64,000 nt of DNA from Lachnospiraceae bacterium. Lineage in GTDB: Bacteria; Bacillota; Clostridia; Lachnospirales; Lachnospiraceae. The notes below the pieces were generated by a model. The model was not told the origin of the DNA. It worked only from the letters and a program-made list of their open reading frames with translations, and did not search any database. Shown here one piece after another: positions 1 through 7,828 of this stretch. The first letter of the stretch is position 1. Each line of letters starts with the position of its first letter. The DNA is taken from the NCBI GenBank assembly GCA_900771195.1, contig CAAGMZ010000018.1, positions 1,195 to 65,194 of the forward strand, read 5' to 3'. The position numbers were made by a program, and so were the translations under genes.

Positions 1-1089
1 ACATCTGTGCATTTCATCAAAAGTATCAGCAATCTGTGTCAGGAGCAGCACCAGATCTCTGAACGAAGGTTTTTCCTCATTCAGATAGTTTCTCATATCT
101 TTTCCGTCAATGTATTCCATGACTATATATTTGGTGCCGTTTTCCGAAAAAGCATCTATCACTTTAGGGATATTTTTGCATTTGATGTCAACATTACACA
201 GGTTCTGTTTTTCCAGATCATACAGTGGGTCACTTATGTTTTTTATACTGTTCGTATCACTTCTGTACTCCTTAATCGCAACATCTCTGTTACGCAGGCC
301 CGTCTGTGAACACAAATATACCCTGCTGCTTCCTCCTTCTCCGGACAAAAGTTTTTTTACAATGTATTTTCCGTGCTGTAGGCTATCTCCCTCACTGACA
401 AGAGTATTCTCCACGTTCTCTACATCTTCATCATCAATCACACCTATGATAACAAGATATTGAATTAATGTATCGAATATGTTGCGAATTTTCCCGTAAT
501 TATCCTCACCTTCCGATAAAAATTCATTTGCAAACATTGTTCTGGTCTGGTGAGCACGAATATTTCTGAATTTTATCCTTATCTCATCAAAATAATGATA
601 TTGTATTCCATTAATCAGCCTAAGATTAAAAACACCGTTAAATGCATAATTAAAGCCTTTTCCCAAATCCACATCATCAAAGCTGTTATGAATGTCATTC
701 TCGTATTCTGAGGGTCTTACGTATATTATACGAAATTTATCCCATTTTGTTTTCTGAATTTTGGGTCGGTACTTAATAAGATCTTTTCTTTCAGTCAGAC
801 CATGTATTAAAATATTATTATTCACTCTTTCAATAAGCTTGAACATCTCATCTACAGCATTACATGCATTTTCGATATCATCCTCTGCCGAATAAAGTTT
901 TCTGTATTCTTCTCTGCATTTTCTGATAATCTCAGATTTGTCATCATATATGTTATAGTCGTATTTTTTCTGACCATTAAGGACAGCTTCTTCCTGTATG
1001 GTATGTACAGCTTCATCATTAAGTTCTTCAAGTTCACAATTATATTTTTCCATAAGAGAATCTTCTCCATGATTTGTTAATAGTGACAT
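1..1089 (-). CDS. Hanks-type Ser/Thr protein kinase with N-terminal helical HEPN/DUF4145-like domain (runs off left edge)
   Basis: Manual translation: ATG at 1089, open to base 1 with no stop. Kinase motifs KYIVKKLLSGEGGSSRVY, VAIKEY, E of helix C, IPKVIDAF, YIVMEYIDG, LLTQIADTFDEMH. N-terminal part contains EIRIKFRNIRAH (RxxxxH). Absent from ORF track because the stop is outside the window. Confidence 0.85.
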   Translation of the reverse strand, partial: MSLLTNHGEDSLMEKYNCELEELNDEAVHTIQEEAVLNGQKKYDYNIYDDKSEIIRKCREEYRKLYSAEDDIENACNAVDEMFKLIERVNNNILIHGLTERKDLIKYRPKIQKTKWDKFRIIYVRPSEYENDIHNSFDDVDLGKGFNYAFNGVFNLRLINGIQYHYFDEIRIKFRNIRAHQTRTMFANEFLSEGEDNYGKIRNIFDTLIQYLVIIGVIDDEDVENVENTLVSEGDSLQHGKYIVKKLLSGEGGSSRVYLCSQTGLRNRDVAIKEYRSDTNSIKNISDPLYDLEKQNLCNVDIKCKNIPKVIDAFSENGTKYIVMEYIDGKDMRNYLNEEKPSFRDLVLLLTQIADTFDEMHRC

Positions 1090-1091
1090 AT

Positions 1092-1829
1092 CTACTGATG
1101 AAATCCGTATCCGTTACACTTTGGGCATGTAACAATAGTGCCTGCCGGAGCGTACCCGCTGCCGGCACAGCCGCTGCATATTGTGTAACCACCCTGCCAT
1201 CCCATATTTGCGTAGTAATAAAGATTAGGAACATACTGTTGTCCTGTTCCGCTGCAAAATGGGCATACAGTTTTCGTACTTGACTTTACAACGCCTTCAC
1301 CGGAACACTTCTTACACTTAAATGTCGGAAAATCATTTGCAACGCTACTGGTACCGGCGTACACATAATGCCCATCTGATTTCACTAATTCCCCCAATAC
1401 ACTTACATCTGGGTTGTTATCATCACAGCATGAAAAGAAAATTCTATTATCTGTTGCAGCATACACATGAAAGTCCCATTCTGTTTTGTCATCTATCCGG
1501 CAAGCCTCAATCCATTCACAAAACAGCTCCCGAAATTCTTCCCCGGTGTACCTTTCTATTTCTGTATTCCAACCATATGTACAAGCTTCGGTTGTCTTTT
1601 GTATCCAATTTAAGACATCTTTTTCTTTCTTGCTTCTGTTAAAAATCAATCCATAGCAGTCAAGAACAAAAATGCCTATAGCAATAACAACTACAGTAAC
1701 AAATACAGATACAAAAATGATTCGTCTTCTTTTGCCGTGAGTCTTAAGTCTCTCCGGCACCGGTTCACCACAATATGGACAGTAATCAGATGTACCATCA
1801 ATTTCCATTCCGCATTTATTACATTTCAT
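1092..1829 (-). CDS. Zinc-ribbon + single TM + C-terminal DnaJ-type Cys-rich (CxxCxGxG x4) protein
   Basis: N-terminal CNKC...CPYC, hydrophobic IIFVSVFVTVVVIAIGIFVL after a KRRR cluster, C-terminal CKKCSGEG, CPFCSGTG, CSGCAGSG, CPKCNGYG. Confidence 0.8.
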   Translation of the reverse strand: MKCNKCGMEIDGTSDYCPYCGEPVPERLKTHGKRRRIIFVSVFVTVVVIAIGIFVLDCYGLIFNRSKKEKDVLNWIQKTTEACTYGWNTEIERYTGEEFRELFCEWIEACRIDDKTEWDFHVYAATDNRIFFSCCDDNNPDVSVLGELVKSDGHYVYAGTSSVANDFPTFKCKKCSGEGVVKSSTKTVCPFCSGTGQQYVPNLYYYANMGWQGGYTICSGCAGSGYAPAGTIVTCPKCNGYGFHQ

Positions 1830-1853
1830 AAAGTTCTTTCTCCAATATTTAGT

Positions 1854-2525
1854 TTATTTTACAGTTATTTCATACTTGTTGTTATCAAATGCAGTAAATC
1901 CCTCAAATGTTATCTCACCACTTATTTTGCTCAATGAATTATACTGTTCCGGTGTAATCACATATGTAACAGTTCCGAATGAATTAGGAGCAATTTTTAT
2001 CATGCTTACGCTGGGATTGCTGAAAAAATCAAACTGTCCTGAAGCACCTGTGTCGAACACCATAAGCTGTGACTGCATCCATACAGAAGCGTTTTCACTG
2101 GTGTTATTGGTAACCTTAAGTGTAATCGTACAATTAGAAGCACTTCCTGTAAGTTCTATTACAGCGTCACCGCTTGGTGTGCTTGCAGACCCTGAATAGT
2201 CAATTGCACTTGGAGCAGGGGCTTCTGTTACTGCAGGTGCAGGTGCCTCTGTGACTACCGGTGCAGGTGCCTCTGTGACTACCGGTGTGGGTGCCTCTGT
2301 GACTACCGGTGTGGGTGCCTCCGTTATTTCGGATGCGGATGTTTCTTCTGACTTTGATTCAGCTGTATTTTCATTATTCCCTGAAGCCCCCGCATCCTTA
2401 AGTGCTGCAATCTCGCTCTCAAGTTCTGCTATTTTGTCTGCTGAATCATTCCTGCTTCCGCATCCGTTTAAAAATATAGCTGTCACCATTACTACAGCAA
2501 CGCCCAATAATAATTTTTTCTTCAT
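1854..2525 (-). CDS. Lipoprotein with Pro/Thr-rich repeat linker
   Basis: Signal MKKKLLLG...FLNGC lipobox, short coiled coil, TEAP(T/A)PVV repeats, beta-rich C-terminal domain; GGAG SD upstream. Confidence 0.8.
   Translation of the reverse strand: MKKKLLLGVAVVMVTAIFLNGCGSRNDSADKIAELESEIAALKDAGASGNNENTAESKSEETSASEITEAPTPVVTEAPTPVVTEAPAPVVTEAPAPAVTEAPAPSAIDYSGSASTPSGDAVIELTGSASNCTITLKVTNNTSENASVWMQSQLMVFDTGASGQFDFFSNPSVSMIKIAPNSFGTVTYVITPEQYNSLSKISGEITFEGFTAFDNNKYEITVK
2212..2328 (-). repeat. 24-bp coding tandem repeat (about 5 units, TEAPT/APVV)
   Basis: Repeated ggtgcctctgtgactaccggtg(c/t)(a/g) units on the + strand. Confidence 0.9.
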
Positions 2526-2557
2526 AAGCTGTTCTCTCCTATTTTTGCATAAGTGTA

Positions 2558-2614
2558 TAACCGTATACCGTTAGATTATCACTTTCGTTTAATCAAGTTA
2601 AGCGCGTACCGTTA
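2558..2614. promoter_or_regulatory. Pair of palindromic operator-like sites TAAC/G-N8-GTTA
   Basis: TAACCGTATACCGTTA (2558-2573) and TAAGCGCGTACCGTTA (2599-2614), each followed by ATTATCACT, lying between the divergent lipoprotein and XRE genes. Confidence 0.55.
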
Positions 2615-2675
2615 ATATTATCACTCAGATTAACATATACTTTCTATAAACATTAATAAATTATGGAGTTTAAGT

Positions 2676-2918
2676 ATGACCTATTCTGATGTTATCACCA
2701 AAAGGCTCAGAGAACTCTGTGCCCGAAAAAATTACACTGTTAATAAGCTTGCCACCCAAAGCGGGATAACGCAAAGCACTGTAGAAAATCTCATGTCAGG
2801 AAAAACAAGAAATCCGAAATTAAAAACACTCCACCGACTCGCAATAGGCCTTGATATGACATTATCCGAACTTCTTGATTTTCCCGAAATGAACAATACT
2901 AAATTTGATGACGAATGA
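2676..2918 (+). CDS. XRE/Cro-family helix-turn-helix regulator
   Basis: 80 aa, TVNKLATQSGITQSTVENLMSGKTRNPKLKTL HTH pattern, GGAG SD. Confidence 0.9.
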   Translation: MTYSDVITKRLRELCARKNYTVNKLATQSGITQSTVENLMSGKTRNPKLKTLHRLAIGLDMTLSELLDFPEMNNTKFDDE

Positions 2919-2993
2919 AGCATGTCTATTATTGAGTATGCTTTACTGAATACCATTTATCATCGGACTGATAAATATATTAATTTCACACCA

Positions 2994-3908
2994 CTATTCG
3001 AATTTGATATTGCATGAGCTGTTAACTTCACCCCACACAGCATTTCCTGTCATAACATACGAAGCGGGAACCATAACCGTATACATCATGCTTCCGTGCG
3101 GTTTAAGTGATGTATTAATATCTGTGGATACATTACATATCTTGCCATAACTGTCATCTGTCAATGAAACCGTGCAGGTTTTATAATAAATAGGAGAATC
3201 CGTACCATTTGCAAACCATAAATCTACATAAAGATTTCCGTCCGAATCCTGCCATGCAAATTTTACTGACGTATGCGTACATCCCTCAAAAACCGCGTTT
3301 TTATCTAAATACATACAACACCCTGCATCAAATGATGTTGCGTTAAGTCCATTATTAAAAGATTTCATAAGATCTTCCGGATAAACATTTGTACTTGTCA
3401 GTAATAAAGAGTTCAAATAACTTTCTGTTTCTTCATTTTCTTCTGCTTTCCACTCTCCGTTTTCGAAAGAAATAACAAAATTATAATTTAAAGACTCTAA
3501 TTTTGTATTTGGATGTTTACCGGCAACATTGTAATATGTGCCAGATATAGCATAATAATTATCAATTTTATATACTTGATTAAAAAGGGATTTTATAGTT
3601 TCTTCATCCGTATTGCGGAACAAATTTGCGAATGAAGCATAATCGGTCTGCGAATACTCTGCCATCTTATTCAGGATTTCTTTATAAGCCGAAACAGCAC
3701 ATTCATCGGTGATTTTTTCTATATCAGAATTTATTACTGATAAAGTTTTGTTTTCTTCATCTTTTTGCTCATGTGCAATTTGAGATTTATTTTCAGACGC
3801 CTGTGAAACTTCTGATTTCACTCCGCAAGCAGCAAGAGATATGGTCACTGCAAGGCAAAGCAATGCAGCTACGATTTTAATTAAATGTCTTTTTAATGTA
3901 ATGTTCAT
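2994..3908 (-). CDS. Putative lipoprotein of unknown function
   Basis: Signal peptide ending SLAAC, GGAGG SD, beta-rich C-terminal domain. Confidence 0.75.
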   Translation of the reverse strand: MNITLKRHLIKIVAALLCLAVTISLAACGVKSEVSQASENKSQIAHEQKDEENKTLSVINSDIEKITDECAVSAYKEILNKMAEYSQTDYASFANLFRNTDEETIKSLFNQVYKIDNYYAISGTYYNVAGKHPNTKLESLNYNFVISFENGEWKAEENEETESYLNSLLLTSTNVYPEDLMKSFNNGLNATSFDAGCCMYLDKNAVFEGCTHTSVKFAWQDSDGNLYVDLWFANGTDSPIYYKTCTVSLTDDSYGKICNVSTDINTSLKPHGSMMYTVMVPASYVMTGNAVWGEVNSSCNIKFE

Positions 3909-3945
3909 ATTGATTTCCTCCTAAATAAGCCTTTTATACAATTTT

Positions 3946-4032
3946 CTATTCACCTGTAAATTCTTTGTTCTCGCGATGCCTCTTTAAGTTCTTTCCTGCA
4001 ACTTCCATATCATACTCAGGTCCATACAACAT
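3946..4032 (-). pseudogene. Truncated duplicate of the 5' end of the XRE gene at 5464..5697
   Basis: Translates MLYGPEYDMEVAGKNLKRHRENKEFTGE* versus MMYRPEYDMEVVGKNLKRLRENKELTVEE; 67/78 nt identical by manual alignment. Confidence 0.85.
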
Positions 4033-4554
4033 TTAAAGGTATTGTTTCTTTTTCTCGTTGTACTCATCCTGAGTAATTGCGCCCATGTCAAGCAATTCCT
4101 TGAGTCTCTTTATGTTGTCGAATTTTACATCATCTTCCGTCATCTGCTTTTTAGTATTCTCTTCAGCTTTTTGTTTTGCTTCATATTCTGCACTCCATTC
4201 TTTAGTTCTTCCACATACGCATGTCCCAGTATATGACGGATTAATGTTACCACAGTAACATTTCCAGCCACCGTCATTTAATAATTTTTGGATTCTTGCC
4301 TCTGCTTCCTCTTTTTCCATCGCTTCAACAGCAGAAGATAAAGGCGTTGTTCCGTCGCCGCTATGTGTATTATATACATCACAATATTCATTCCGGGGGT
4401 ATAAAAGAGCAACTAAGAAAGCAACAAATCCAAAAAAGAACCCCCACCAGAACCAGTTATCTGCATATCCTTTTTTGGTTATGACAGCATCAGTTGCAAA
4501 TCCCCATACCACATTCAATATAATATTCATAATTGCAATTGCTACAAAATCCAT
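4033..4554 (-). CDS. Membrane protein with Zn-ribbon and C-terminal SHOCT domain
   Basis: Two N-terminal hydrophobic segments (WFWWGFFFG), WKCYCG...CVCG, C-terminal IKRLKELLDMGAITQDEYNEKKKQYL (SHOCT pattern). Confidence 0.85.
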   Translation of the reverse strand: MDFVAIAIMNIILNVVWGFATDAVITKKGYADNWFWWGFFFGFVAFLVALLYPRNEYCDVYNTHSGDGTTPLSSAVEAMEKEEAEARIQKLLNDGGWKCYCGNINPSYTGTCVCGRTKEWSAEYEAKQKAEENTKKQMTEDDVKFDNIKRLKELLDMGAITQDEYNEKKKQYL

Positions 4555-4662
4555 ACTAAATTTCTTCCTTCCTGATATTTATTATTCAACACTTTAGTGA
4601 ATTTCTGATAATCTTGAAATCAGCCATCTCAATGGTTTTCTTCATCGCTGTGTAACACATTG

Positions 4663-4691
4663 ATTATACCTTACCGATTACCGGTTGTCAT
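4663..4691 (-). promoter_or_regulatory. sigmaA-like promoter for the SHOCT gene
   Basis: Minus strand ATGACA-17 bp-TATAAT. Confidence 0.5.
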
Positions 4692-4710
4692 TGAACTGAT
4701 GGTTGAAATA

Positions 4711-5418
4711 TTATCTCTTATTACATCTTAGAATAAATTTCATTAAAACATTTACTACTGTCTGTACAAGAAATACTGCCAATAACCACGGAATCATAAG
4801 AACCAGCATATTATATACCACATCCCATAAAAAACCATCACTGTTGAGCCTGACGAACCCCTCACCCAATAATTTGCCAATGTAATATCTTCTGTTGATA
4901 AACACATACACCAGAGAAACCAGGCCAAAAAGTATTGTAGTTATTACGGTTATTTTATTCGCAACATATTCTCTTTTTCTCTTTTTTTCTTCTTTTCTCT
5001 TTTTCCGGTGAAGTCTTAACTGCTCGTCCATGCTAACCTGCTCAATTTTTATACCGCCATATGTATTCATATAGTCGTGATATTCCTGTGTCAGTAAACA
5101 GGTGATTTCACTTATGTCGCATTTATCTGCATCTCTCACACTGTGAATCACAGGATTGGTAAGCATTCTGATTCTGTGATAAGCATTCTGACTGTTGTAT
5201 GAAATAAGATTATGGTTATAGCACTCATCAATCATGTCTATCAAATCAGCCCTGTTTCCATCTCCGGTTTCCACATTCACCTTAACTCCGTGAGTTTTCA
5301 GCAATGAACCGGTAAAATGCTGTATAAGTCTTCTTGCAAGATAACATGCCTCCGAATATGTGTCCTCATTTTCTGAATATCCTAAAAATCTCTTAAATTC
5401 TCTGTCTATCGTTTCCAT
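4711..5418 (-). CDS. DUF4145 (HEPN-like) domain protein with two C-terminal TM helices
   Basis: LIDMIDECYNHNLIS...AYHRIRMLTNPVIH matches the DUF4145 pattern, followed by a basic stretch and two hydrophobic helices. Confidence 0.7.
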   Translation of the reverse strand: METIDREFKRFLGYSENEDTYSEACYLARRLIQHFTGSLLKTHGVKVNVETGDGNRADLIDMIDECYNHNLISYNSQNAYHRIRMLTNPVIHSVRDADKCDISEITCLLTQEYHDYMNTYGGIKIEQVSMDEQLRLHRKKRKEEKKRKREYVANKITVITTILFGLVSLVYVFINRRYYIGKLLGEGFVRLNSDGFLWDVVYNMLVLMIPWLLAVFLVQTVVNVLMKFILRCNKR

Positions 5419-5463
5419 AACATTATCCCTTTCTGTACTCAGTTATTTTTATCAGTCATCTTT

Positions 5464-5697
5464 TTACTCATTTGTCTCTTCCACGATGTCCTCTACGCTT
5501 GCTCCGTATAACTGCATCAACGCAAACATCGTGTCCGCCTGGGGATAGCTTTCGCCTCTCTCGTACTTGTAAACTGCCTGTACTGAGCCAAGTCTAAGAT
5601 ATTCCCTCACTTCCTCCACTGTAAGCTCCTTGTTCTCGCGGAGCCTCTTTAAGTTCTTTCCTACTACTTCCATATCATATTCAGGTCTGTACATCAT
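5464..5697 (-). CDS. XRE-family HTH regulator
   Basis: GKNLKRLRE...TVEEVREYL...VQAVYKYERGESYP; GGAGG SD. Confidence 0.9.
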   Translation of the reverse strand: MMYRPEYDMEVVGKNLKRLRENKELTVEEVREYLRLGSVQAVYKYERGESYPQADTMFALMQLYGASVEDIVEETNE

Positions 5698-5734
5698 TTG
5701 AAATTCCTCCCTTTTTTGTTTTTCTACTTACAAA

Positions 5735-5760
5735 GACGAAAGGATTTCAAAAAGGTTCAT
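5735..5760 (-). promoter_or_regulatory. ECF-sigma-type promoter
   Basis: Minus strand aTGAAC-N16-CGTC, matching the Firmicute ECF consensus (AAC-N16-CGT). Confidence 0.5.
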
Positions 5761-5902
5761 TTTTTCAGAAAATTTTTTATATTTTTTCCTCCTCATGTTT
5801 TAATCATAATACGGTAATATAGATTTGTCATTTAACCGCCAGTTTACTTCCTATATATTAATAGGGCTGATTTGGGAAGAACTTAACATTTTCAACAAAA
5901 AA

Positions 5903-5976
5903 GGCTGTAAAATAATTATTTTACGGCATTTTCCCGCAGGTAAGCCAGGAATGCCCGAAATAATTATTTTACAGCC
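5903..5976. repeat. REP/MITE-like hairpin (GGCTGTAAAA...TTTTACAGCC family); also a likely terminator
   Basis: 19-bp perfect inverted arms GGCTGTAAAATAATTATTT / AAATAATTATTTTACAGCC with an inner GC stem. Confidence 0.75.
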
Positions 5977-6005
5977 GGTGAAGCTGTGCTCGTATCGTAT
6001 TGTAT

Positions 6006-7700
6006 TTATCCTATAAGAACTTTTTTCCCTTCAAATGCAAAGCCGTACTTCCTTATATGTTCCTCCGGCACTCCGTCCGCAATAAGCGAAGCCGCATATT
6101 TTCTGTCTTCAATCTGTGCAAGTGCTGTCTGAACAGTATCCTCAAGTGATTTTTCCTTCTGTGAATCGTACACCTTGAATTCAAGAATATAGGCATTGTC
6201 TTTATTGACGTCTTTGGGCTTAAGCATCACATCGTACCTGCCAAGCCCGCTTTCACGGTTAGATGTGATGTTATAACGGTCTGACAGCTCTGCAATAAGT
6301 CCAAGCACAAAACCATGATAAAACGACTCGCTCTGGTTCCTCATACCGTTTTTTCCCGAGTCAAAATAACTGAATGTGTTCAGCGCAACATCGTTCATAT
6401 ATGCATTCATTGACTCCGTATCGCATGCGAGCAGGGCATTTATGAACATGTTGTATGAACCGTCGCCATCATCAAACCAGTCAAGAATCATGTAACGGAA
6501 CATCCGCCTGACCTCACGGTTAGTAAGCGCAAGTTCATACCTGGGAAGTTCATCACACAGGATATCCTCGTTATCTTCTTTACTGACAACCTTTAGATAC
6601 CCGCTGGCAAGAAGAAGACTGTATACGGCATCCCTTCTGCTGTCCAGCTGATTATATACTATCTGCTCATCTATCCTGCATTCAATGCTCAGTCCTTTCA
6701 TAAGCCTCTCGAAATTGCTCTTGACTTCGGAAGAGCTTTTGCGTATCAGCCTGCCAACAAGACTGTTAGAGCTTGTGTTTGCCCAATAGGTATCTATTTT
6801 GCCTTTATCAAGAAAATTGATTATTGACCATGGATTGTATATGTCGCTGTGGTTTCCGAATGTAAAACCATCATACCATTCTTTCACCTTATATTTCCTG
6901 TCAGAATATCCATACTCATCAAGGGCATCAAAAACCTCCTCCTGTGTGAACCCGAAGGCTGTCGCATACTCATCAGAAGTGGTCGTTACCACATTAAGAT
7001 TATTAAGGTCTGAAAACATTGATTCTCTGCTGACTCTTGTTATTCCGGTCATAACAGCCCTTTCCAGAAATGGATTTGCCTTAAATGTGGAATTGAAAAG
7101 GCTCCTTGTAAAAGCAGCAAGTTCATCCCAGTATCCCTCCGCATAAGCTTCCTGCATCGGAGTATCATACTCATCAAGAAGAATTATTACTTTTTTGCCA
7201 TAATAACGGCAGAGATAATCTGAAAGCTGATATAATGCCATCGGCGCATTTTTTTCACTCATACGGGCTTTCATCATGTTAAAATAATTAACTTCGTCTG
7301 CCGAAAGGCAACCGCTTTCAGTAAGGAACGAATTCTTCTCGTAAAGCTTCATAAGAAGCTGGCATATACGATAACATGTGGTATCATAGTCTTTTTCCTT
7401 TATGTTGGCAAATGACAGAAATATTACCGGATAAGTTCCCTGCAACTCCCTGTATTTTTCATTATTCCATATTGAAAGCCCGTGAAAAAGCCCGCCCCTG
7501 TCTGCATAATCATTTGAAAAGAATGCCTCAAGCATACTCATGTTAAGAGTTTTTCCAAAACGTCTCGGACGGGTTATGAGCGTGACTTCGTCTCCGCTTT
7601 CCCACCATTCTCTGATAAAATCAGTTTTATCCACATAGAAATGGTTTTCTTCTCTCAGCTTTTCAAAACTCTGTATTCCTATTGCTACATTATTTTTCAC
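6006..7700 (-). CDS. AAA-ATPase-like + PD-(D/E)xK nuclease (DUF1703-type) protein
   Basis: Walker A RPRRFGKT, Walker B ILLDEYD, C-terminal ESFYHG...SNRESGLGRYD...ILEFK...ALAQI...Y. Confidence 0.92.
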   Translation of the reverse strand: MKNNVAIGIQSFEKLREENHFYVDKTDFIREWWESGDEVTLITRPRRFGKTLNMSMLEAFFSNDYADRGGLFHGLSIWNNEKYRELQGTYPVIFLSFANIKEKDYDTTCYRICQLLMKLYEKNSFLTESGCLSADEVNYFNMMKARMSEKNAPMALYQLSDYLCRYYGKKVIILLDEYDTPMQEAYAEGYWDELAAFTRSLFNSTFKANPFLERAVMTGITRVSRESMFSDLNNLNVVTTTSDEYATAFGFTQEEVFDALDEYGYSDRKYKVKEWYDGFTFGNHSDIYNPWSIINFLDKGKIDTYWANTSSNSLVGRLIRKSSSEVKSNFERLMKGLSIECRIDEQIVYNQLDSRRDAVYSLLLASGYLKVVSKEDNEDILCDELPRYELALTNREVRRMFRYMILDWFDDGDGSYNMFINALLACDTESMNAYMNDVALNTFSYFDSGKNGMRNQSESFYHGFVLGLIAELSDRYNITSNRESGLGRYDVMLKPKDVNKDNAYILEFKVYDSQKEKSLEDTVQTALAQIEDRKYAASLIADGVPEEHIRKYGFAFEGKKVLIG

Positions 7701-7828
7701 GATAATCTCCCTTCATGCCTGAATCCGCCATACAACCTCTCTACCTGCAGTATAACGAATTTAATGCCAAAAGGCAAGTCACCATATTACCAACAATCTT
7801 CACCATTAATATCGTCCGGAATCCCGTA

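Noticed and set aside
7..1283. ORF-track calls 7..309, 110..463, 852..1070, 1040..1234, 1074..1283
   Set aside because: Shadow or off-frame ORFs overlapping the kinase gene and the 1092..1829 gene
4586..4645. 19-aa leader ORF MKKTIEMADFKIIRNSLKC (minus strand)
   Set aside because: No SD and no attenuator structure; likely chance
1..5700. Integron-like cassette array
   Set aside because: No repeated attC-like site between the genes and no tyrosine integrase; the only repeat found is the XRE remnant
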